Shown in pieces: positions 54,293 to 64,000 of a stretch of 64,000 bases of DNA. The DNA lies in assembly GCA_040954595.2 (NCBI GenBank), contig CM082592.2, positions 8,171,677 through 8,235,676 on the forward strand, written 5' to 3'. Both the position numbers and the translations under genes were made by a program. A model generated the notes under the pieces. It was given only the letters and a program-made list of their open reading frames with translations. It did no database searches and was not told the DNA's origin. This DNA comes from Balanoglossus misakiensis (taxonomy: Eukaryota > Animalia > Hemichordata). Every line of letters starts with the position of its first letter. Positions within the stretch are counted from its first letter, which is position 1.

Positions 54293-55842
54293 TAACTTTG
54301 ACAATGTCTCTGTGAATGTATAATATTTATACACATGTATATCTGCACAGCCAGCTGTCATGGCCGAAAGTAGCAGACACTTTGAAAAGTTAAAGCATCA
54401 CCTGTCCAAGATTTATTTCCGCGAAGTTGGGTGGACTCTTTTTATCATGTGACACCGCTGTCATAGGGTTTTTAGAGCGACAGCCTGTCCAGGTAGATGA
54501 TGTGTGCGTCCATCTCAGGCCCTTGTGAAAATTAATTTTAATTCCTCATGTGAGATTTTTTAAGTCCAGATTTATGAGTTCGTACACAGTAACACTGAAA
54601 TAGTGAGGAATGAGGTCGGTGTTGGATTTGGGTCCATGTGAGTTGGAGATCATTCATTTAAAGCACTGAACTCTAAAAAGTGGTTTACTGAAACCTATGT
54701 TATTACATGTTTGCACAAAATACTATGGGTTGTTTCTTGAAGTGGAATGCCGTTCTCGATACGAAATAGCAATTTTAGGTGATGTAAATATATGAGGCTA
54801 TTTTTTGCTTCCACAAGTCTACTTTTCATGTTGCGTGTAAAGTCACATGATGTCAGATCTCCGTTGTTGCCGTGATGTGCACTTCATGGTTTGTATTTCC
54901 GTCAGATTTTGTCTTGGAATAATGGAGACCAACTACAACTTTGGAAAGGTCTGATTGAAAAGCATTTACAAGCATCCTGTAGTTCTTGAAATATAGAAAC
55001 AAAGTATATTGACTTGGCAGAGAAAAAAAGAAGTATGGATCATGTTTTGATATCAGTTGGCGGCATCGGTGCAGGGGATGGAGTTAGGGATGAATATTCA
55101 CTTGGAACTGCTCTGTTCTGTCAGTTATTAAAAGAAACCACTTGCCTCAGCTGTGTGTATTGATGCTATTATCGAGTAGTTTGGAGATTTTTTTTTTCCG
55201 TTTCAGATATTTTGTTGGAAATGTGGTCTCCCAGACTAATAAATAAACCACAAGACAACTCAAGTACAGCCGTAGTTTGTCTTTTGTTCACACCTCTTTA
55301 GCACACCAATGTAGTTCTGTCATGTGAAGTCATTGCTTAAGATAACAAACCTTGGCATATTTTTATCTTTTGTAGCATAAGTTTGGCGCAATAGACAAAA
55401 ATCGGAATAAAAAGATACATAGAACCGATGAATATAAAGCTTTCAAAAGTCTAAATTTATTTCAAAGCAGAATTAGAAAACTAGAAATAAAAGATTGTCA
55501 ACAATATTAAATGATTTCATTATGGAAAAAAAATATGTTTGCATTTGTCAAAGGACTGCATCTACCAGTTCCACACAATAATAAAATTCATGACAGAGGC
55601 GTGAGTAGATCATCATGGGAATGTGACGTATGCATTTTCGTAAAATGTGGATTGTAGCCAAGATGCCACAAATGCACACCGCGTATCCCCGTACGTAATA
55701 CGGTAGCAAGCGACAGCGCCACCTATGGCGAAATGTGAACTTTCTTTTGTATCATTCACAGACGTCTGTGAAGAATTCAAAGTGGTCCTTGGCATCCGTC
55801 CTATCAGAATATCGTTCATGTTGGTGCAAATGAGTCTCTCTC

Positions 55843-56571
55843 TCACCCTGTGTTCACGTCAATAAGATTGTTCTGGTGGTGGTACGCGCGGCGAAATATC
55901 CACCGGTGGATTGCTTGAATGCCCGAAGCCATGGTTCCAGTGTGTCCGCATGAATTCACGAAAAGTTCAAACCCTTGGTAGCTGAGTTGCTGGAACAATT
56001 TCATCCTTCCCAGGTCGTTCAGATCCGGCAGTAGTCCGTTTTCAGTACAGTGATAGAGGGCGGTATGGTAGTCCCAAACCCGCAGTCGGTATTTTCTGGT
56101 CTTGTTCACTTCTTTCCTCAGAGTGGGTACGCTCCTCCACAGCCTTGGGGGCGCCATTATCCGCACCCCACCACCGGACTCTTCAACTTCTATATACTCG
56201 TACACAAACCTATGCCCTTCCCGCCTTTGTCTGCATTCCCGGATTGCCGTTATCAGGTCGGGGATTTGATAGAAATCGGCCTCATCTTCTAGCATGTCGA
56301 TTTCTTTAAAGTCTTCGGGGAGTCGCAAGTTTCCCGTCCTCAAGAAGTTCAGGATGTACCTGAAAGTCTCTCCATCGCGGTCAATGACGACGTTGCCATC
56401 GGAATCGCAACGAACAGGCAGGTTTCCTCCAAACATCGCCCCGAGCATCGAGTCAGGATAACACGTCAGAGTTGATTTGGAAGTTGTGTAAATTTTCCCA
56501 CCAACATTTAGGAAAACGATGTCGTCCTGAGATTGACCAATATTTTCGTTCATAGTGGCCATGGTTGTCAT
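55843..56571 (-). CDS. KCTD-family BTB/POZ (T1-type) protein, intronless CDS, ~242 aa
   Basis: Single ORF; IVFLNVGGKIYTTSKSTLTCYPDSMLGAMFGG...IDRDGETFRYILNFLRTGNLRLPEDFKEIDMLEDEADFYQIPDL is a typical KCTD BTB domain, followed by a ~120-aa C-terminal region. Subfamily not assignable; several possible start ATGs. Confidence 0.9.
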   Translation of the reverse strand: MTTMATMNENIGQSQDDIVFLNVGGKIYTTSKSTLTCYPDSMLGAMFGGNLPVRCDSDGNVVIDRDGETFRYILNFLRTGNLRLPEDFKEIDMLEDEADFYQIPDLITAIRECRQRREGHRFVYEYIEVEESGGGVRIMAPPRLWRSVPTLRKEVNKTRKYRLRVWDYHTALYHCTENGLLPDLNDLGRMKLFQQLSYQGFELFVNSCGHTGTMASGIQAIHRWIFRRAYHHQNNLIDVNTG

Positions 56572-57327
56572 GCTATAGCCGGCAAAGTGCAGTTTAAAAA
56601 ACTCGCAATTAATGACAATAATTCACCGCATAATCTTCTGCAACTTTTTAAGTGTTATCGTCACTCTCGTAAAATCCGTTATTACATTTTAGAAGTTCCT
56701 CCAATGTTCTAGATAATCTCCATGCAGCGTTCCATACGCGCAACGGAGGGCGAACGCGCAATGGAACCTTGCTGCGCCCAGGTGCGTTGCTCCCACATCA
56801 TGCACATACTCTTTCGTTGATCGTGAGGATTAGATCAAATGAGACGTATAAAACTTTATAAAAATACCACAGGCGATGGCAACGAAGGTTTCCCAGTCAG
56901 TTATGAAGATTTTATTTTGTCTTTGCTCTATGCACACCAGAAAAAGTTTGTTTCTAGGGAGGCCAAAATCAAGATGAGTTTTTATATAGAAGTTTCGGTT
57001 TCGAAAGCTTATAAAGTTTTATTAAATATTTTCACCTCTCTGCATCAAATAAAACGCCGATTTTGATTTACCGCCGAACTTTTCGACAATCAAGACCCTC
57101 AATTCTTCGTCGAGACGCCTCAGCCCAAGCAGCATAAAGTTCTGAAGTAGACGACGGAAACGCAATAACAGGGGTCATGACCTAGCGTTGCCTTCCTATA
57201 TTGACACCAGCAACGCGATCAACGGTGTCATGCTCCGAGAAATTCCCTCGTTCTAGCGGGAATCGGCGTTCGCCTGTGGTCCAGCGACAAGAAGAGCTAA
57301 CTGTTCTACTAAACAGGACATGGATGG

Positions 57328-58233
57328 ATGGATGACATCGTAGGCCTGAACGTCGGCGGTAGGATTTTCATTACATCCTTGCCGTACCTTACTCGCTACC
57401 CCGACTCGATGTTGGCGGCCATGTTTACTAGCGAGTATCTGTGTGGGCAACGCACAAACGGCCGCAAGACTGATAAATACGGCAATTTGATCATCGACAG
57501 AAGCGGCGATCTGTTCCGATACATATTTTACTATCTGAGGACGTCGATACTGTTGTTGCCGGATGGATTTAGTGAGTGTGATCTGGATTTACTTGCGAAC
57601 GAGGCTCGATTCTACAACCTGCCAGATCTTGAGGAGGCCATCGACAGAAGAAAAAACGGTATCGGTAGAAGGTGTAAAGTCGTCTCGAAAACTCCGGTAT
57701 CGGCGCAAAGTAACGGAAAAGTGACAGGAAAATGTGAAACAGAGAACGAATGCGTGATGCCTCCGAGCGATGTGGTCGTCGACCCACCCTTTCGAACAGA
57801 ACAAAAGAAAGAGCGACCTTTGAATTCAGCGCCGACTGTCAAAGATCGGTGCGTGATTGTAAAGTCAGCGGCCAAGATTCCAACAAAACAGAGCGTTGAC
57901 GGCCAGGCCCAGCAAAACAACGCCCAACGTTCAAATAACTGCGTTAGAAAACTGCAAGGAAGTCAACAGAACACTGTCAAAGCTGAAATCCCAACGCCGC
58001 CCCTTTCGAAAGATGACCACAAAAGTGCAATATCGGTTTCGCAAATCGCGGATCAAGAGAAACGTCCAAATTCACACTTGCGGAAAGACAGAGCTAACAC
58101 CTCCGTCACTGGAAGAAGTTTAAGAAAAAATACCAGCACCGAAAATCCCAATGAAGGCAAGAAAAAGACAATCAAGAAAGTCAAGGCCGAATACCCGCAG
58201 TTGCAGTGCTTTGAATACGTTTCATTAGAATAG
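57328..58233 (+). CDS. KCTD-family BTB/POZ protein with long low-complexity tail, intronless ORF, 301 aa
   Basis: IVGLNVGGRIFITSLPYLTRYPDSMLAAMF...IDRSGDLFRYIFYYLRTSILLLPDGFSECDLDLLANEARFYNLPDL; AATAAA follows the stop at ~58312. Confidence 0.85.
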   Translation: MDDIVGLNVGGRIFITSLPYLTRYPDSMLAAMFTSEYLCGQRTNGRKTDKYGNLIIDRSGDLFRYIFYYLRTSILLLPDGFSECDLDLLANEARFYNLPDLEEAIDRRKNGIGRRCKVVSKTPVSAQSNGKVTGKCETENECVMPPSDVVVDPPFRTEQKKERPLNSAPTVKDRCVIVKSAAKIPTKQSVDGQAQQNNAQRSNNCVRKLQGSQQNTVKAEIPTPPLSKDDHKSAISVSQIADQEKRPNSHLRKDRANTSVTGRSLRKNTSTENPNEGKKKTIKKVKAEYPQLQCFEYVSLE

Positions 58234-59499
58234 TTTATCAAAATTATGAGCTTATTGCCTGTAGGTCTATTTTAATTAATTCCTTTGATTGTCTAACATT
58301 ACAATAGTGAGAATAAATTTACAATTTCTTTTTATACCCAGAATTTCAAGAGACAAGGCATAGTTAAATGAAAGATTTTAAAATTGGGTCAAGGTTAAAC
58401 TTACAGAATTGTTCTGTCAAAAACTTACAAAATGCAGGTAAAATTAATTCAAAGGGAAAATAAATCCATGAAATAATATATTAAAACGACCGTGTTTTCT
58501 ATAATTGTAAAATTTAATATTCAGTTGACATATTTTATGCTCATTTTACATATTCAGAATTACAAAAATGCGTCTCCAAGTTATGGACGTATCGGGACGA
58601 ACTATGACATTTTACACGTCGCAGGTTTCTGATAAATTACGGAGCACATAGTTTTGTTTTATTTGCTTATTGTGCCTGTACTATTTCGGTGTTCCGTATT
58701 TTGTTGGTGTTAAGTGTGATGATGAGAAATTTTAGAGGGGTTTGTGTTTGCTCAAGGCTCATGCGCCCTTTCAGAGTTTAGGTACACTCCATAGATTCCT
58801 TTAGGAACAGGAAAGACTTCTGTTTGAGCACGGTCCCAGGACCCTCCGCGCACAGAAATTATCATTGTCGATGGTTCCCGCCGTTTATTTGCACTTTAAG
58901 TCTTATTTTTGTACAATACATACATTGTGAGATTACTGATTTCATTGTTTCGCAGACCTTTTCCGTTTATTTTGAAAATGAAATATTTAAACTGGAAAGC
59001 AAATGTGTTTTATAAATTATATGAAATGACCGTGATTTCGAAATTTAATAAATAAAGCTAATGTTTTTAAATGCTAAAGCGTTCGTTTTCATGTGTATAC
59101 GTAATACATCGTTCTATGTTCTGATATACCAGTACGTCACTTTGAACATTAAATAAGCACTCATGCAAGTTTACAGAACACGATTCGGCGAACCGGAATC
59201 TATTAAAAAATCGAGATTGATGATTAAACCTTTTCAAATTTACGATCGAACACACTTATTATATATTCATATTTTTTTATTGAAATGGTCAAACTCATCT
59301 CTCCGATGCTCAAACTTCCTCAAATTTTCGCTGTCCACTCGCCTTCTGTCTACAGCTGACTGACAACAACAACACGAACTTACACGAAAACACTTTCGTT
59401 TTATTATCGGGAAAATTTCGGACATTGCCGAAGTGGATACGTTCGGAAATCTTCGGAGACAAGCTGCACCTTGAAGACGAGCCGAGGTCTGTGATGCGG

Positions 59500-59555
59500 G
59501 TCACGTGACATGACTTGAGACGCGTCAGAGCAACGTTTTCGCCGCTGATTGGTTG
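59500..59555. promoter_or_regulatory. Palindromic E-box/CLEAR-type element (GTCACGTGAC) plus inverted CCAAT box; likely promoter
   Basis: GTCACGTGAC at 59500-59509 matches the MITF/TFE/USF-type palindrome. CTGATTGG at ~59545, CpG-rich context, and a strong donor G|GTAAGT at 59719/59720 downstream. Confidence 0.55.
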
Positions 59556-60031
59556 GAGCCACCTGGACCACCTCCACTTGGAAAATCTCCGTCTAGCCTT
59601 CCGTGCATTTTCATAAGTGACGACCAGGCTGCTGCATGTAGGACGTGTTGCGGAGAGGATGCGGAAAACTCTGTCCCGAAACAGAGTTTCTCCGCTGGAT
59701 AGTTTTCATGACGACAGCGGTAAGTAAAGTAACAGAAGTAGACACATTTACTCAATTTTTGACCAGAAACATGGGTTTTACTGTGGCGAGTTACGGACAA
59801 CTAAAAAGCCAGGCGTTTACACCAACGTTTGTCCGACAACCACGTGCGTCACAGTCACACGGCTCGAGTGGGCGTTTCCCTGAGTTTTATTTCACAAATT
59901 CTGCTCTTTCGCGTTACTGAAGTTGAGAAGTACGGTTTATTGAATTAGACTAGTCGATATTATAGTTCAACTGCTGGGAAGCAGTTTTTTGTACATCCAA
60001 AAAGCACGATACAGTTTCTCTGGAGGGGGTA

Positions 60032-60073
60032 TCGATGAATTGGTAGCGGGTTCGATGAATTGGTAGCGGGTTC
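60032..60073. repeat. 20-bp perfect tandem duplication
   Basis: TCGATGAATTGGTAGCGGGT x2. Confidence 0.9.
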
Positions 60074-60957
60074 ACGTGTGGTCAGCGTGTTTTCGAGTGT
60101 GAGCGAATGCAAATTTTGTATTACACTACCAGACAATGACAAAAATAAGCTTTGAAACGCTTCATTGGAACTGTTATTTTTGTGTGTCCGTACAGTCTTT
60201 GCCCCCAAAAATATATATATTTTTTGTCGGAGTTTAAAATGTTCCGCTTGGCTGTAGGCCTAAACTTGAAAATATGTAAATGTGCATAGTGCCATGCTGG
60301 GGTTACAGGCTACTTGTCTGTCAGCGAAGCCCTAAAATATAAATGTCGTCGTGAATGATGTACAATATGCAAATGAAACGAAATCGGTGATCACGGTTGA
60401 TATTTGGTTTCGTGTTCATGGATAGAAATTAAATTTGTTTCCTTATTTTTTGCAGACCGAAGGCCCAGATGAACTGATTCTGTACGTTCCACGTGGATGC
60501 TATGATGTTACAAGCATGATGTCAAAGTAAGCGGTATCAGCCAAATTTTTCTGGCAATTTTTAAGATTTTTCAACGATTCTGACTGGTGCCGGTAGCCAG
60601 TTCAGCGAACCAATTTTGCACAAATCTGAAGAATGCGGATGCTATATGTGCATGTCATTGAAGTTTTAAAACCAACATGACTACATGCTCGGTGTATGGG
60701 TCATTTTTGTTACGGCACCAACAAGTCCATCGGCTTTGAATGCTTCGAAAGGTGCTCGTTGTTGCGAGTGTGTGTGCATGTGTGTGTCAAGGTAAGTTGT
60801 ATGGTATAATTCCGGCCATGCAACTAGAACTTCATTAGGTAAGCGCTTGTATGTTCCATGGCTGAATGAAGACCAGTGGATGAAGTTTCGTAACAAGTAA
60901 GTTATATAGACATAAATAAAATCCCCGGTGCGGGTGGGTCCCATCCCTCAGACCGTC

Positions 60958-61540
60958 AGTTAATACTTAATACAAGTTTTTTTAGATATGTTATCTTTCG
61001 TCATTATTCAATAAAAAATATTAAAAACATACACGCACTCATAATACTGGGAGTGGTTTATTTCCGTACCGATCATCTTCGCGCGTGCGTATATAGTTAA
61101 TATAAGTTTTTTTTAGATGTGTGATCTTTCGTCATTATTCAATAAAATATTAAAAACATACTCGCACTCATAATACTGGGAGTGGTTTATTTCCGTACCG
61201 ATCATCTTCGCGCGTGCGTATATAGTTAATATAAGTTTTTTTTTAGATGTGTGATCTTTCGTCATTATTCAATAAAATATTAAAAACATACTCGCACTCA
61301 TAATACTGGGAGTGGTTTATTTCCGTACCGATCATCTTCGCGCGTGCGTATATAGTTAATATAAGTTTTTTTTTAGATGTGTGATCTTTCGTCATTATTC
61401 AATAAAATATTAAAAACATACTCGCACTCATAATACTGGGAGTGGTTTATTTCCGTACCGATCATCTTCGCGCGTGCGTATATAGTTAATATAAGTTTTT
61501 TTTAGATGTGTGATCTTTCGTCATTATTCAATAAAAATAC
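60958..61540. repeat. Tandem repeat, ~130-bp unit, ~4.4 near-identical copies, plus a degenerate copy to ~61740
   Basis: ATAATACTGGGAGTGGTTTATTTCCGTACCGATCATCTTCGCGCGTGCGTATATAG recurs at 61041, 61170, 61300 and 61430 (period 129-130). Confidence 0.95.
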
Positions 61541-61751
61541 TGTGTGTATGTCTGTTAGTCTGTTTTTATGGTAAAATGAGTTGTTTACTTTTCAGTTTTT
61601 TTTGAGATTTGTAATCTTTTCCAATTTACCACAACTTCAATCAATAAAACTTTATCGAAACATACTGGTATAACCCGAGTGGTTTACTTTGCACCCATCA
61701 TCTTCGCGAATTTTATTTTTCAGATTTGTAGTCTTTTGACGTTTTCCTATT

Positions 61752-62018
61752 ATAGACATTCACTTTCATTTGCTTGTTTTGCAGATCCAGAGACGAGATC
61801 AACTGATGGTGGTATTCATCAACCATGCTTGGGGCTTAAATGACTAGTTATTTTCGCCATGCAGTGGTATAGCTGGGTGAGGTAAAGACAGGTATGTTCC
61901 ATGGAAGAACGATCATGAATATTAGTCATTCACTTTCATTTGCTTGTTTTGCAGATCCAGAGACGAGATCAACTGATGGTGGTATTCGTCAACCAAGCTG
62001 GGGCCTAAGTGACTAGTT
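61752..62018 (+). repeat. Direct duplication of an acceptor+exon module (~95 bp), with more diverged copies at ~60350-60480 and ~62408-62550
   Basis: CATTCACTTTCATTTGCTTGTTTTGCAGATCCAGAGACGAGATCAACTGATGGTGGTATTC occurs at ~61757 and ~61927. Confidence 0.9.
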
Positions 62019-64000
62019 AAAGGCAGTATGTTCTATCATGGCTGAACGAAGACCAAAAGTTTCAAACAAGGTTTGACAAGCGATATAGACATCAAAGCCC
62101 CTCTTTTCATGTTCGCCATCTTTGTAGGAGACATTCCATTTACATACCTTTCATTTATTCCAGGTACCTCGTAGATGATGCTAAGATGATTGCCAGCCTG
62201 AATGATTGATGTCCAGAGAATACTGCATGGATGTGGGAAGGTAAGAATTGTGGGAAAGAAAATTGAATGAGATAATACATAGTAGGCGTGTGGGTGGGGT
62301 GTGTTTGTTCACAATGTCCAGGAGTTGTCGGTTTAACTAAGTACAATTACATCAAAATTAAATCAAGTTGCCAAATAGAGTGAAATTCCAGGCAGCCATA
62401 CAGATTTGCATGATGTACCATCTGCGAATGAACAATTGGCGTACAGTGGTGATCATGCTTTGTTTCATGTCCATGGATATTATAGACATTCATTTCTACA
62501 TTGCTTGTTTTGCAGATGCAAAGACCAGATGGGTATCCGGCAACCAAGCTGAGGACGAAGTGTGCATTTTCCGTATTTTAGTATGCCTTGCATTGGTAGA
62601 TTTGTATCCATCAATGGAGATACAACGAAAATTGTTTTAGCTTCACAGAAGTAATAAATTTGCTAATTTTTCATATTGTAAGTATACAGATGATACTGTA
62701 TACATGTATACTCTTGTGTTTGTGATTTCAAAACTTTGACATTAAAATTTTCAATGATTAAGATTAAAATGAAATACTTTGTGTCTGTATCATTTTATTA
62801 CCCCAACACTGCCTTGATGTTGAGATAATTGAAACGGGTAAGGTCAAAGGTCAACCCGCTAATTTGTAACACTAGGCTGTCCCATTGAAATCAAGAAGCG
62901 CCAGGTTTGCAACCATTACAGTTACTGACGTATGCAAAGAAGGTGAAACTAATTCATAGCAACTGAGACCTTGGTCTTTGCTTCCTACTGACGCTCAGGA
63001 AATTCAAAAGTAGGCGAAAGATCACCTTTAAATATGGAAACAAATTCTGGAAGTTTGACCTGTTTTCTAAATTTGCTAAAATGTTCAATATGTCAAAAGT
63101 TGCCATAAATCCAAAGTCTGTAACCTTGCTGAGCTTTTCCAAGTAAACCTGTCCAAGTACACTACAGCAGCCGAGACAGGGCGAAAAAACTGTCGTTGAA
63201 TGTATGAATAAGGTAGCAGTTAATCAAGTTTCCCCCTTCCCCGCTATGCTTCCAAGTGTCTTAGCGATGGGAGAGGGGGGTCAAACTTTGGTGTACGTCA
63301 CTGAGGGCACCATAATATTCATCACTACTGCAGCAGCAAGTGAAGATGTGGCTGATTTACTTTGAAGTGATCCGGATAATTGAAGATTTGACTTATTTGC
63401 TCGGAGATGATCCAGACAATCAGCAAGGTGGGTGACTTTTCCTTGTGTTTTTTTCTTCACAATTTGAGATGGTCAAAAATGATCGCGTTGTCAATAGCCC
63501 GCCCTCTGTAGTCGTCTTTGCTATTTACTGACACCTGTTGATATCGTATAGGAAAACCCTGCGATTAAATGTTAACTTCGGGTGACCATAATTTGACCTC
63601 CCATTCCGCTAAAAATAGCCGAACAGTTTTTAAAAATTGACTCGTCAGTTTATAGCAGCATTAATGGTTTGGCCGGCGCGTCTCTGATTTGATCATCGAT
63701 TACCCGGTCGTAAAATTTACATTAAGGGACAAATAAAACCACGCGGAAATATGTTAGCTTTAGCTGAATAATCTATACATGTAAATAGGGACAACACGTG
63801 AAATTGTTTTATGTCCGGTTTGGCGATAAGATATCTGGGTGGGGATGTAGGGTCAGGGTGTTAAAATGGGTTTGTGGGTCATAAGCGTGTACCAGCCACA
63901 ATGTTCTGTGACGCGTAACAAGTTATGAATGGTACTGACCCCGACCCGAGATACTAGTACATGTATTCGTAAGCCATATACAGTGTACATTGTATTTACA

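Larger units (their letters stand above)
59560..63427 (+). ncRNA. Candidate multi-exon non-coding transcript, or spliced 5' leader of a gene continuing beyond the window
   Basis: Exon-like blocks bounded by good splice sites: ~59560-59719, 60456-60526, 61785-61891, 61955-62025, 62164-62240, 62516-?, ~63334-63427. Block 61785-61891 has stops in all three frames. The last block is open (MWLIYFEVIRIIEDLTYLLGDDPDNQQ) and could be coding. Confidence 0.35.

Noticed and set aside
60958-61540. CRISPR-like array
   Set aside because: Units are identical end to end with no unique spacers; eukaryotic context and no cas genes.
60350-62458. Box C/D snoRNAs at ~60350-60395 and ~62408-62458
   Set aside because: The position ~65 nt before acceptors is suggestive, but the boxes are non-canonical (ATGATGT, GTGA) and the C-to-D spans of ~36-43 nt are too short; needs Infernal/snoscan.

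Overview
Gene-dense, intron-rich (GT-AG) animal genomic DNA, AT-rich with GC-richer large exons. It is probably an invertebrate bilaterian; the species cannot be determined from the sequence. Genes assembled by hand from splice sites and reading-frame phase: KIF12-like kinesin (+, 18 coding exons, 400-25452); CDIPT/phosphatidylinositol synthase (-, 6 exons); an uncharacterised ~914-aa mostly low-complexity protein (+, 4 exons); SLF1/ANKRD32-like BRCT+ankyrin gene (-, 18 exons, one GC-AG intron); BCL7 (+, 6 exons); and two intronless head-to-head KCTD/BTB genes. At the end is a probably non-coding spliced unit built from duplicated exon-intron modules around a ~130-bp tandem repeat. The most notable feature is a 1.7-kb same-strand ORF inside KIF12 intron 6. 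It ends in a phase-compatible splice donor and would replace the P-loop half of the motor with a repeat-bearing 568-aa domain. X-box (RFX)-like motifs cluster in KIF12 and oriented CTCF-like motifs punctuate the window. All family assignments rest on motif recognition from memory; no database search was run.
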